DNA of 64,000 nt from the human T2T-CHM13v2.0 reference genome, Homo sapiens, in NCBI GenBank assembly GCA_009914755.4, contig CP068257.2, positions 11,872,001 through 11,936,000 on the forward strand, in the 5' to 3' direction. The notes beneath the pieces are model-generated. The model had not been told where the DNA came from. It ran no database searches and worked only from the letters and a program-made list of their open reading frames with translations. Of this stretch, positions 1 through 11,422 are shown in pieces (position 1 is the stretch's first letter; every line of letters begins with the position of its first letter). A program made the position numbers and the translations under genes.

Positions 1-1
1 A

Positions 2-721
2 TCCCAGGGCCCAACAGAGGAGCTGAGTGAGGCCGAGACTGAAAGCAAGTCCCAAACAGAAGGCAAGAAGGCTAGGAAGTCCAGGCTGAGGTTCTCATCC
101 AGTAAAATTTCGCCAGCATTAAGTGTGACTGAAGCACAAGACACGATTCTTTATTGTCTCCAGGAAGGCAATGTGGAGTCCAAGACCCTATCCATGTCTG
201 GGATGGAATCTTTTATTGAAAAACAGACAAAGTTACTGGAGGTGCAGCCAACAGAAGCCCCAGAAAAAGATCCTGAACAACTTCCCAAAGGACATGTGGA
301 CAGTTGCTTGTCAGATGCAGCTGTGCCAGCCCAAGATCCCAGCAACAGCGATTCAGGAACAGAGACAGAGTTAGCTGACACAGCCCTGAATCTGCTTCTC
401 TTGCTACTAACAGAACAGTGGAAATGGCTGTGTATTGAAAACATGCAGAAGTTTCTTCGTCTTATCTTTGGTACCCTAGTTCAAAGGTGGCTAGAGGTGC
501 AGGTAGCTAATTTAACAAGTCCACAGTGCTGGGTGCAGTACCTCTGGCTTCTTCAGGAGTCCATCTGGCCTGGTGGAGTTTTGCCTAAGTTTCCACGGCC
601 TGTAAGGACCCAGGAGCAGAAACTGGCTGCTGAGAAACAGGCTTTGCAGAGCCTAATGGGAGTCTTCCCAGATCTCATAGTAGAAATTCTTGGGGTGAAC
701 AAATGCCAGCTGAATGTTTAG
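2..721 (+). CDS. 5'-partial, apparently terminal coding exon of an unidentified protein-coding gene. The frame is open from the window edge (pos 2) to TAG at 719-721. It encodes about 240 aa, Ser/Glu/Pro-rich acidic in the first half and Leu/Trp-rich helical in the second (LLLLLLTEQWKWLCIENMQKFLRLIFGTLVQRWLEVQ...).
   Basis: The ORF track gives 125..721 from an alternative GTG start. My own translation of 2-124 in the same frame has no stop (SQGPTEELSEAETESKSQTEGKKARKSRLRFSSSKISPALS...). Codon usage and composition are protein-like. The region is not repeat-derived: no Alu or L1 similarity. No recognisable domain motif. Confidence 0.5.
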   Translation, partial: SQGPTEELSEAETESKSQTEGKKARKSRLRFSSSKISPALSVTEAQDTILYCLQEGNVESKTLSMSGMESFIEKQTKLLEVQPTEAPEKDPEQLPKGHVDSCLSDAAVPAQDPSNSDSGTETELADTALNLLLLLLTEQWKWLCIENMQKFLRLIFGTLVQRWLEVQVANLTSPQCWVQYLWLLQESIWPGGVLPKFPRPVRTQEQKLAAEKQALQSLMGVFPDLIVEILGVNKCQLNV

Positions 722-3700
722 TCTTGGAGTCACTACAACAACCACTCATCAACAGGCATTTGATTTACTGCCTTGGGGACATTATCCTGGAATTCTTGGA
801 TCTCAGTGCCTCTGTTGAGGAGTCCGCTGCTACCACCTCTGCTTAAGATACCCCAGGCAGCCCTAAGAGGATGGGTGTCTCCTCATAGTTGGTTATTCCC
901 GCATCCTTCCCAGGTCAGGGAAGTAGAGTTACTCAGCCACCCAGAGACCAGTGAGGAAGCCTGCATCCTCTGGAAGTAGGCTACAGCTCAGAAGGCCTAG
1001 GCTCCCAGTGGCTCAATTCTCTCCCACTTCTCCATTTGTAGCAGGTGACACAGGGTATGTGTCCCAGTTGCATGCACATTTATTTCCATGTCCCTTTTGT
1101 GGTGTTGGGATTGTTGTTGGTGAGTAGATTCTGTTTCCTTTGGGAAAAGAAGATGTGAGGTAGAGGAACAATCCCCTTTTGCTTCTCCTTTTGCCGTCCT
1201 CCCTGAGATTGTTTGCCAGAACCCTGGCCCTGTGCACAGATGTATTTAATCCACCAGCACACAAGCTCTGGATAGAACAGGAAAAAAGCAATGGCCAGAT
1301 TTCCTTGGAGGAAAGAACAACCTTCTGAGCTCTCTGTTCCTACCCGGAAACTAAAAATTCATTCTGGGCCATTCTCAAAAACCAGACTCCTGGGTCTTAC
1401 CTAGTTTCCCAACAGTTCCAGAAGAAGAAGGAGGGAAGAAAATTTTTCAAGGGACTTCTTGCTCATGTGTTGCTGTTTCCCAACACATCAGCCTTATGGA
1501 AGATGTCATCAGGCTGCTTCCCTGGAAGGCTACACTTTTCCTTTCCAGAAGACTTCAAAGCTGATTGCAAAAGCTTCTGGTAAATCCACCGCACCCTTCA
1601 CACCCTTTCCTGAAAGGCATTTGTACCACACATTTTATTTATTGTCTCTCCTCCCAACCCCCTGCCCTAGAGCAACTGGGTTTTTGAATTTGTGACCCTC
1701 TCATTATCTTCAGCAAATTTGCATGACAACTTGCATATTCAGCCTCAGCTTTTCCCAGGAGAAGGTAAAGCACTTGCCTCCTGTCTTAAGAATGCAAAAA
1801 GAGTAGGAATAGCAAGCTGGGGGAGTGAAATCTCCCTTCATAAGTCTTTGATGGGGAACTTTTATTGCTCTGAACAGGTAAGATTAGCAAACTTACAAGG
1901 AATAGCTTCTTCTTTCCTGTTCCTTATGGTTATAATTAGCCTTTAAAGAACTCCAGCAAAGGTGTTCTGTTAGGCCACATCTATTAGAAAGGCAAAGAAA
2001 TTAGGAATTGCTGGAGGAGAAGGATAAATCAGGAGGAATTGCTGGTAGAAGAGGATGCAGACAGTCACAGGGAAGTGGTATATATTAAGTACACATGAAT
2101 AGCTGGCAAAAAGGTGTCAGAGATGTTACTCGGAGCCATTTGGCTTCACACTTGCCTGTTAGTGCCTTGCTTTCGCTGAATTACCAGAGCCTACCGCTTG
2201 GAGGAAGGTCTTGGAGTTAGACTAATGAGAAGGCAATGGGGTGCCAAAAACAGGTGTCAGAGTTCTCTTAGATTCTGAAGTAGGTGGTGAGCACACAATT
2301 AAAGTGGTTTGTGGAAGAAAAAAATGCTTCTCTTACTGAATCTCTTGATTATAGTTTATAATCAAAATTATTGTAAAACTTTTCTCCATTTGTAAGTAAT
2401 TACACATATAAAGTATCTCCCTCATTCGGTAGATTTCATATTTCTTTCAGAAATGTATATCAAGTATAAAACATTTTGAATTCTAAATTGCACTTAAAAT
2501 TATTCATTGTTGGTTATATAATTATAACCAAGTACATTAATGACTACATACTGTAAACTTTCTTTGCCATGTGGCACAAATAGTTAATTTACCTTTTCTT
2601 TCTCTGTTTATCTATCTTCTATGTCCTAGTCTATTTCAGTTTTCTCTCAAGTAGTGGTTTTCATTGAACTACCAAAAAGTTGCAGGTCAACCACACTTGA
2701 AGAAAAACGTGTTAATAACATATAGTTTAAAGCTTTTTTTATTTATAAAATTATATTCCAAATTGTTAAATTAATTTTATTATGCAGACTTGATGTCTGA
2801 AAACTTCTTAAAATAGAGAAGTTCACAATATTAGATACTGTGTCTTTCTTCATATAATGACAAAAGACTTCAGTTCTGAAATTTTAGGAAAAGTTTTGCT
2901 TTAAGATTAATTAAAACATAAGATTGCATAAGCAGAGAGCATGTAGGTACGGCTATTCTATGGAAAACTTATTTTGTTATTAGAACTGTTAGGAACATCT
3001 TTTGAGAATATTCAGGCTATATATGATGCTGCAAATTTATTTTCATAATTGCTATAACTGGCAGGGCAAGCAGATGATATGTTTGTAGCTATCTCGTTGT
3101 AAGCACATCTCCAGGAATAAAAAAGGGCCTTAAGAAGAGGGAGGCAGGTGGCACAGTAATCACATCATGAACACAGATGTGGTGGCCCCTGAGAAAGAGT
3201 CATGATGACAGCTGCATTCTTTGTTTCTATCTCATATGTAATCTAATTTCAAGGAAGTATCAAAGTGTCGGGGTGGAGAGAGGATAAGAATCACTAGCAT
3301 GAAATCTAAAGTGCAGTCATCCAGTTGCCTGATGTCTTCTGAGGTGGTTCACCCAGATTCACAATACAGATAATTAAATTCAGAGCTGCAGAGATAGGGA
3401 AAATAAGATGTGGAAATAGGCTTCTTCTGAAGTATTATTCAGGTCTCCTCCTTTTCTTCCAAATGCCATCCCCATCAGTATACTCAAGGCATCTGATGGC
3501 ATTGATGAGCAACTGAAAAATCATTTAATTAATCATCAGGTTCTTTATCCTTACTTAAAAATGTAGAGGCACAAAAGTCATGTGTCAAAATATGCTCTTT
3601 TTTAATAGAGTGTGGTCCACTACCCACTGTGTGTCCTCTTAACCTTTCCAGAGTAGGTGTCCTTACAGCATAAATTTAGCATAAAATTAGACACGTTCCA

Positions 3701-4469
3701 GTATAAAATATAATGAAGACATAATAAGCCAATACTGAATTCTTTAGTGAATCTAGAAAATTCACTTTAATTTTTTTTTCTAGAAAATGGATTTATTTTA
3801 GTGTATTTATTTGTTTTTGCATTTGCCTCATGGTTCTGCATGGCTAACTTGTTAAAGTCACAAGATATCGTATATTGGGTGGATTTGCAAGCGATGTTTA
3901 GTGTTTTCTTCCCTGATGAACCAACATAACCATCATTCTGCTATGAGTCTATGTTATGAAATATGTCTATGTCCTGCTATTCTCAGGCTTCATTTTTGCC
4001 TCTAAATCTTCCAGGTACTGTTGTTTTTGACAATGTAATGGATATTACTTCTTTCTGTGCCTTCAAAATTTCAGTAAGGAAATAAACTGGTTACCAAAAA
4101 CACCTGTTTGTTAAAATTGGAGTCAAACTTTTTAAAGAAGAGATGTACTTTGTTTTCTTTCCTAAATATTTAAAAATTAATAGGATTTATCCATAGTATA
4201 ACATGGTTTTAAAAAGTAATTTAACTTTAGTTTTATTGAATACCTATTTGTGTAGTATATTACATTTATTTTTGTTAATATTAAATTTTTTAAAATTTAG
4301 GTATAAATTGTGCATTTTATATGATATTTATACCATTATTTTACTTTGGGTTCTCTCATTTAAAATTATAACCAAAGTTACACTGTTATTCATGTTTTGT
4401 GCTATGCATTTAATATTTTCATGGATTCCTTTTTTTTCTATTTTCAGCTAGTATATATTGCATTATATT

Positions 4470-4745
4470 TAAAACCACCACAACAGGTAGGAAATGGGGA
4501 GTTGTTACTTGATGGCTATAGAGTTACAGTTTTGTGAGATGGAAAATTTCTGCAGCTCTGTTGCACAGAAATGTGAATATAGTTAATACTTATGATATCT
4601 ACACTTAACATGATTAAGATAGTCAATTTTATGTGTATATTTTTGCTGTAATTAAAAAATACCATCACAAGTTTGAATGATAAATAACTTATTTTGTATA
4701 ATATTGAGTGTGTTCACATCAATAAGAAAAGCCTAATATACCAAT
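4470..4745 (+). mobile_element. Old L1 (L1M-type) 3'-end fragment, sense orientation
   Basis: Matches the characteristic L1M 3'-terminal sequence (…gggagttgttacttgatggctatagagttacagttttgtgagatggaaaat…aatgtgaatatagttaatacttatgatatctacacttaacatgattaagatagtcaattttatgtgtatatttt…). Confidence 0.5.
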
Positions 4746-4757
4746 AAGAAAGAGTTA

Positions 4758-5096
<339 letters not shown>

Positions 5097-5396
5097 TTAG
5101 AGATGTGAAAAAAAGTTGCATAACTGGTGACTTGAATATCTATGTTTTTTTGTAAGCTCTACTAATACATTGAGAGTAGTTATTCAAGGAATAAAACAAT
5201 GAAGAGTTAATGCTAATTTTATGTTCACATAGAAAGTATTAGTAGCAGAAAGCGATTTCATCTCAGAGAAAAAGGAAATTCTTACATAACATAATGAATG
5301 ATGCAACCAGGATACAAGAAATTATAACATTATTTTTGTATTTGTCCAAACGTTATTTGAAAATCCTCAGTGCACATACTTTAAGAATTAGGGTTA

Positions 5397-5461
5397 AGGC
5401 CGGGCTTAGTGGCTCACGCCTGTAATCCCAGCACTTTGAGAGACTGAGGTGGGTGGATCAC
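5397..5461 (+). mobile_element. Alu 5' fragment (about 65 bp), truncated where it abuts L1 sequence
   Basis: aggccgggcttagtggctcacgcctgtaatcccagcactttgagagactgaggtgggtggatcac, followed directly by antisense L1 sequence. Confidence 0.85.
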
Positions 5462-8225
5462 TTTACTTTGAGCCTGTTGGTGTCATTACATGTATGATAG
5501 GTCTTTTGAAGGCAACAGAAGGTTGTATCTTGTTTTCTTTCCAATTTGCCACTCTATCTTTTAAATGGAGCAATTAAGCTGTTTACATTCAAGGTTAATA
5601 TTTATATGTAAGAGTTTGTTCTGTTGTAGTGTCGTTAGGTAGTTTCTTTGTAATCTTGATTGTGTAGTTGCTTTATAGGGTCTGTTAGCTTTATATTTAT
5701 GTGTGCTTTTATGATAACAAGTATCATTCTTTCGTTTCCATTTTTAGAACTCTTAAAAATTTTCGTAGGACTGATTTGGTGGTAACAAATTCCCTTAGCA
5801 TTTGCTTGTCTAGAAAAGACATTAGTTCTTCTTTGTTTATAAAGCTTAGTTTGGTGGGATGTATAATTCTTTGTTGGCATTTATGTTTTCTTTCAAAATG
5901 CTAAAAATAGACCCCCAGTCTCTTCTGGCTTATAAGGTTTCTGCTGAGATGTCCACCATTAGTCTGATGGTATTCCCTTTATGGGTAATTTGGCCCTTTT
6001 CTCTAGCTTCCTTTGAGATTTTTTTTTATTTCACATTAATCATGAATAGTCTGATGACTATTTGCCTTGGGAATGGTCATATTGTTTAGTATCTCTCAGT
6101 AGTTTTCATAATTTCATATATCTGGATGGCAATGTCTCTAACAAAATTGGGGAAATTTTATTTAATTATTTCCTGAAATATGCTTTCCAATTTGCTTACT
6201 CTTTCTTCTTCTTTCTCAGGAATGCCAGTAAGTCATAGGTTTTTGTTGTTTAACATAATATCATATAATATTTCTTGAAGACTTTGTTCATTTTTTAAAT
6301 TCTTTCCCTCTCTTTTTGTCTGACTGAGTTAATTTGAAACGTGGTCTTTGAGCTCTGGCATTCTCTATTCTGCTTGTCTAGTCTGCAATTAAGTCTTCTG
6401 ATTGTATTTTGAAATTCCTGTAGTAAATTTTTCAATTTCAGAAGTTCTGTTTGGGTTTTCATTAATATACCTATGTCATCTTTCATATCCTGAATCATTT
6501 TCCTGTTTTTTTTTCTATTGGATTTCAACATCCTCTTGAATATTGAGTTTCCTTACAACCCATACTTAGAAATTTTTAATTTGTCATTTCAGACATTTCA
6601 ATCTGGCTAGGTTTCAGTGCTAAAGAGCTAGTGCAATCCTTTGGAGATGTTGAAACACTGTGATTTTTTGTACTGCTGGAGTTCTTATGCTGATTTTTCT
6701 CATCTAAGGAAAGTGTTGTTTCTTATTTTTGAATTTGTATTGTTTGGATGGGGCTCTTTATTTTTTTTTCCCTTGAGGGTGTAACTGTGGTGGATGTTAT
6801 GTATTTTGGCTTAGTTTCTGAATGCTTTTGGTGGGCGACAAGGCTCTACATGTTGGTTGTGGATATGTGGATACGTTTTGTGTGGTGGCTTTATCAGATA
6901 TTGTTTGGTATAGCCATGTATTTTTTATTTGATGGTGCATTTCAGGCTGTAGTCCAGTATATAGCACTTAGGAGTATGATATGGCAGGTAAGCTGCTGCC
7001 CATTGGATGAATTTGCACTGATGAGCATGGTGGGAAGAGATCATGATGGAGTGCCCTGAAGCCTCCAGGAAAGAGATGGAGGGGTGCACCAGCTCTTCAT
7101 CCTGAACTAGAAGAAATGCAGTCTGCTTCCCTATCATATCCCTGTCACAGGTCTCATGACCTTGTTTGTAAAATCTTCATCCTTTAGTTCCCAGCACAGT
7201 GCCTTTGTGGGCCATGGATCTGCCTCTCTGATGGCTACCACTATAACGAGGGTCAGGGTAGAACCTCTTCCTCCAGTACAGGACACACAACTTTGTAGTC
7301 TATCCTCTGTTGTCAGGGTGCTGCCACTCTGTGTTGGAAGGGGGAGTTGGACCCCACCCCTTGTGAAAGCCACAGCAGGCACAGTCTCATTTTCAGCAGG
7401 GATGGATCCACCACCCCTGCTGAAAGCACAAAGAATCACTTTCTTTCAGTGCACACTCACCAGCTCTTGCAGGAAGAACTGCTACTGCATTCATAACAGT
7501 GTACGGTGGATGAAAGGTGGGAGACGATCTTCTTCTTCATAATTATTCCTGGATATTGATGCTGTCTCACTCCTCATTTGGTGCCACATCTGTATTTCCT
7601 TTGTCCCAGGGAGTACTTTCGCAGGCTGTGCTCCCCAGCTCCTTAAAGGGGTGGCTCCATGCTGAGAGTAAGATCTCCAGAGAACCTACAATACCCCAGG
7701 CACCCACTGGTCCCCTGTGCTTGCCAAAGTCAGAGCAGGTTGTAGAGTATATTTGCAGGTGGTCTGGTGGTGCAATGACTTAAGGGCAGAGGATCCTTGG
7801 GAAGGAAAGTGACACACTGGTGCACAACCAGTATGGTGCCCACCATCTCAGTTCAGGTCCAAGGGGAGAGTGGGTATGGCTGTGCGAGCTGGCCACTGGT
7901 TCTGTGTTCTCAGGAAATTCTCTAATCATCACTGATTGTGTTGCCCTGGCTAGCAAGCGCAAAGGGGCTCCCCAACCGTTTAGCACTCGGCAGGTCGTCA
8001 GAGGGGTGTAGAAAGAAGCAACTTCTACCTACCATTTTGGCTGAGCTCTGAGTTGCTCAGAGGTTGATATCAGCCAGAGTCTTGCTGCATTCTTCTTCTG
8101 GGCTTCAACTTCTTCGCGTGGTTACTCCAACAGGTCCTCACTTCTCTATATTTTCCATTCAAAACTTGTTCATTCACTGGTAACTTTGATCTTTCTGAGA
8201 AGAGCTGGCATGTAATTTCCCCAGT
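5462..8225 (-). mobile_element. Old L1 (L1PB/L1MA-like) 5' portion in antisense. Order is ORF2 start (EN aa ~45), inter-ORF spacer, ORF1, then 5'UTR.
   Basis: T-rich antisense blocks match the L1 ORF1 C-terminus antisense (cccccagtctcttctggcttataaggtttctgctgagatgtccaccattagtctgatggtattccctttatgggtaa). The minus ORF 6295-6531 is ORF1-like coiled-coil (LKNLLQEFQNTIRRLNCRLDKQ…). The GC-richer 5'UTR-like block 6600-8225 ends in ccccagtcagcttg before an A15 run. Confidence 0.7.
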
Positions 8226-8240
8226 CAGCTTGAAAAAAAA

Positions 8241-8960
8241 AAAAAACTTTTTGTTTTCAGAATGTATACATTTATCACTATAAATTTTCTCCTTAGTACT
8301 GCTTTTGCTGTATCCCATTAGTTTTGGTATGCTGTGTTGTCATTTTCATTAGTCTGTAAATATTTTCTAATTTCTACTGTGGTTTCTTCTTTAATCAACT
8401 GATGGTGTAAGAGTGTGTTTAATTTCCACGATTTTGTCAGTTTTCCAGTTTTACTTCTGTTATTGACTTCTCACTTTAATTCATTGTGTTCAGAAAAGAT
8501 ATTTTGTGTGATAGCTATCTTTTAATTCTCCTGAGACCTAATTTGGGCCTAACATATTTTCTGTCTTGGAAAATATCCCATATACACTTGAGAAGGATGT
8601 ATATGCTGTTGTTGGGTAAATATTCTGTATATGTTAGAACAATTTGGTTTATTCTCAGTCCTCTATTTTCCTTACCTATCTTCTGTCTGGTTGTTTTATC
8701 CATATTGAAAGTAGGGTATTGAAGTCTTAAACTGTTATTGTAGAATTGCTTATTTCTCCCTTCCATTATGTCAGTTTTTGCTTCAAATATTTTGATGGTT
8801 TGTAAGCGTTTATGATTGTTATATCTTCTTACTATATTTAACCCTTCATCAGTATATAATGTCCTTTTATGTCTCTTGTAAACATTTTTATTTAAATCCT
8901 AATTTTTCTGATATTAGTATAGCCACCCCTGTTGTCTTTTGACACAACACCCTACTCTCT
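8241..8960 (-). mobile_element. Second old-L1 fragment in antisense. Covers the ORF2 endonuclease/early RT region, about ORF2 aa 400 down to aa 75.
   Basis: Matches antisense L1 …cctaatttgggcctaacatattttctgtcttggaaaatatcccatatacacttgagaaggatgtatatgctgttgttgg… then …ccatattgaaagtagggtattgaagtcttaaactgttattgt… (the GDFNTP region antisense). Confidence 0.7.
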
Positions 8961-9639
8961 TGACTTACCTAGCCAGGTTTTAGTGAAAAATCCTGTTAAG
9001 TCAGTTTGGTAAGAATCCCTGCAACCTTGAAATCAAATTTGTTTTTTTACTGCCAACCTTTGATAGCTAAGTTCTTGGCCAGCCTTTAACAAGAATCCTT
9101 CTAAGCCAACCAGTGATCTCTGACTGCTGTTCAGAAGAAACGAGGGATGGATAATGTAAAAATCTGAATCAATATTTCTAATTCTGGGCACATATTAGAA
9201 TTGGCTAGTAATCTCATATTAGCTTGGTTCCAACAACTGCCCAGCTCACGGAAAGCCTTCTAATTTAGTTTACTTCAGATATTTTTACTTATTTTGCTCT
9301 ACTCTTGTGGATTATATCGCTGTTGTACTCTCTGTGTAGGAACATAGGATAAACTTATTCAATGTTTCCTTAAATTAAACACTTACTAATCTCCCAGATA
9401 TCACCTTTTGTCAGAACTCAGAGTTAGGAATGGCCTTCACCATACTGATGCTTTCTGACTGAGCTCCTCTCTACCCCAAATACAGGGGACCCTAATAATT
9501 AGGCAGGAATATCATTACCCCTATTCAGCCTGAAGAAGTTTCAGAAGATGGATCTTCATCCCTTTGCAGCCCTTGGTATTAAGGATTCTCTTATAAAAGT
9601 GAGGGGGAAATGTCAGAGGTGTTTGAACCAGAGCAACTC

Positions 9640-10152
9640 CATCTTAAACAGGAGCTAGGTAAAATAAGGCTGAGATCTACTGGACTGCATTTCTAGAAGG
9701 TTAAGGCATTCTAAGTCACAGGATGAGATAGGAAGTCGGCACAAGATACAAGTCCCTGACGAAACAGGTTGCAGCAAAGAAGTCAGCCAAAACCCACCAA
9801 AATCAAGATGGTGACAAGAGTGACCTCTGGTTGTCCTCACTACTACACTTCTGCCAGCGCCATGACACTTTACAAATGCCATGGCAACATCAGGAGGTTA
9901 CCTTTTATGGTCTAAAAAGGGGAGGCATGAATAATCCACTCCTTGTTTAGCATATACTCAAGAAATAACCATAAAAAATGGGCAACCAGCATCCGTAGGG
10001 ATGACTCTGTCTATGGAGTAGCCATTCTTTTATTCCTCTACTTTATTAATAAACTTGCTTTCTCTTTACTCTGTGTACTCACTCTGAATTCTCTCTTGCA
10101 TGAGATCCAAGAACCCTCTCTTGGAGTCTGGATCCAGACACCTTTCCTGTAA
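9640..10152 (+). mobile_element. Solitary ERV1-class LTR (MER41-like, from memory). R/U5 with AATAAA at about 10046 and an end …cctttcctgtaa.
   Basis: Strong resemblance to an ERV1 LTR R-U5: …ccagcgccatgacactttacaaatgccatggcaacatcaggaggttacc… and …ttattaataaacttgctttctctttactctgtgtactcactctgaattctctcttgcatgagatccaagaaccctctcttggagtctggatccagacacctttcctgtaa. No PBS follows, so it is solo. The 5' boundary is uncertain. Confidence 0.55.
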
Positions 10153-10439
10153 TGACCATGTATGAATTGAAAAAATGATTAGACAGAGTGAAAAACAGAT
10201 TAAAAAATTAGTTCTTAGTGTATGATTTCAATTTTCTAAAACTCTACAAAATTCAAACTAATCTAAAGTGACAAAAAGTAGGCCAGTGGTTCTCTGGGGG
10301 GAGGAGAGTGGACAGGATCTCCATAGTATTACAAGGGATCCCTTGGGAGTGATTTGTATGTTATAGGTAGTGATGTTTTCTTGTTAGTTTAGCACTTACT
10401 TATTGTTTGTTTGCTTGTTTACTTGCTTTCTGTGTCCCC

Positions 10440-10690
10440 TACTATAATTGATTATCTGTAGCCAGGGTTGGCAAATTATGGCTCCATGGGCCAAATCTCA
10501 CTCATAGTCTGTTTATGTATGGCCCACAAGCTAAGAAGTGTTTTTATATTTTTGAAGGGATGTAAAAAAGAAAAAAATGCAACAGTAAGGAACAATATGC
10601 AACAGAGACTATATGCACCTCATAAAGTCTAAATATTTAATATCTGGCCTGTTACAGAAGAAATTTGCCAATCTCTGCTCTATATGATCA
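10440..10690. mobile_element. DNA-transposon relic (hAT/MER5-like)
   Basis: Contains the cagggttggcaaattatggctccatgggccaaatctc… and …taaatatttaatatctggcctgttacagaagaaatttgccaatc motifs typical of MER5/MER20-type elements. Confidence 0.45.
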
Positions 10691-10799
10691 ATTATCTCCT
10701 ATTCTATTCACATATACGTGGTAGCCAGTATATTACAAAATAGCTAGAAGAGAGTGTTGGAAATAAATTTTTGGTGCCGCAAAAGAAATAGCACTCGAA

Positions 10800-11400
10800 C
10801 ATGAATTTTCTCAGCAAGGCAGTTTTACTTCTATAGAAGCGTGTGTCTCATGGATGGAGCAACGGTGAGAGCACACCCGAACAAGGGAGGGGAAGGGGTT
10901 CTTATCCCTCACCACCCCTACTGCTGTGTCATTCCCCTATTGGCTAGGGTCAGACCGCACATCTAAGCTAATTCAGATTGGCTATTTTAAAGAGAACAGA
11001 GGTACGAGCCAGAGTGGCAGGATGAGTAGTTTGGTGGGAAGGACAGTTACAGAAAAGGTGACTCAGGATGACTAAGAACAGAGCAGGTGACCAAGGATGA
11101 CCAAGATCAGAGCAGGTGAACAAGAGTGACTAAGATCAGAGCAGGTGATAGAGGGTAGGAGGAGGTTGTTTACTGAAACTAGGGGCAAGGAGACATAAAG
11201 AACAAGGAAATTCAACTTTAAAATGAAGAGCAAAGAACGGGGAGCCGAACATACTGATACATTGGTTCTTTGGAGAGGATCTCAGAACTCATTGTATTTA
11301 ACAATTTACAGGCTAAAACTTTTGAGGAGGAATTTATGATATCCTACAATTTTCTCCCTTTCAATTTTCATAGTATTTCCTCTTCAAACTTTTTTTAACA
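10800..11400 (-). mobile_element. Candidate 3' LTR of the adjacent minus-strand ERV. On the minus strand a PPT-like purine run (gaaagggagaaaattgtagg) precedes it. U3 carries tandem repeats.
   Basis: Lies immediately downstream, in the minus sense, of the env stop. Plus strand 11060-11150 has three tandem ~27-bp units (gatgactaagaacagagcaggtgaccaa / ggatgaccaagatcagagcaggtgaaca / agagtgactaagatcagagcaggtgata). No clear AATAAA was found, so boundaries are weak. Confidence 0.35.
11062..11150. repeat. 3.3 x ~27-bp tandem repeat (…aagaWcagagcaggtgaNMa…)
   Basis: Directly visible near-identical units. They sit inside the putative LTR U3, so they look like enhancer-type repeats. Confidence 0.8.
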
Positions 11401-11422
11401 TATCTTGGCTTTGCTGCTCAAC

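Noticed and set aside
7134-7542. Overlapping 128-aa plus and 101-aa minus ORFs
   Set aside because: They fall in the 5'UTR-like part of the old antisense L1, so they are chance ORFs in GC-moderate repeat sequence.
8226-8240. A15 homopolymer
   Set aside because: It is probably a remnant poly-A tail at the junction of two L1 fragments. It is not a regulatory element.
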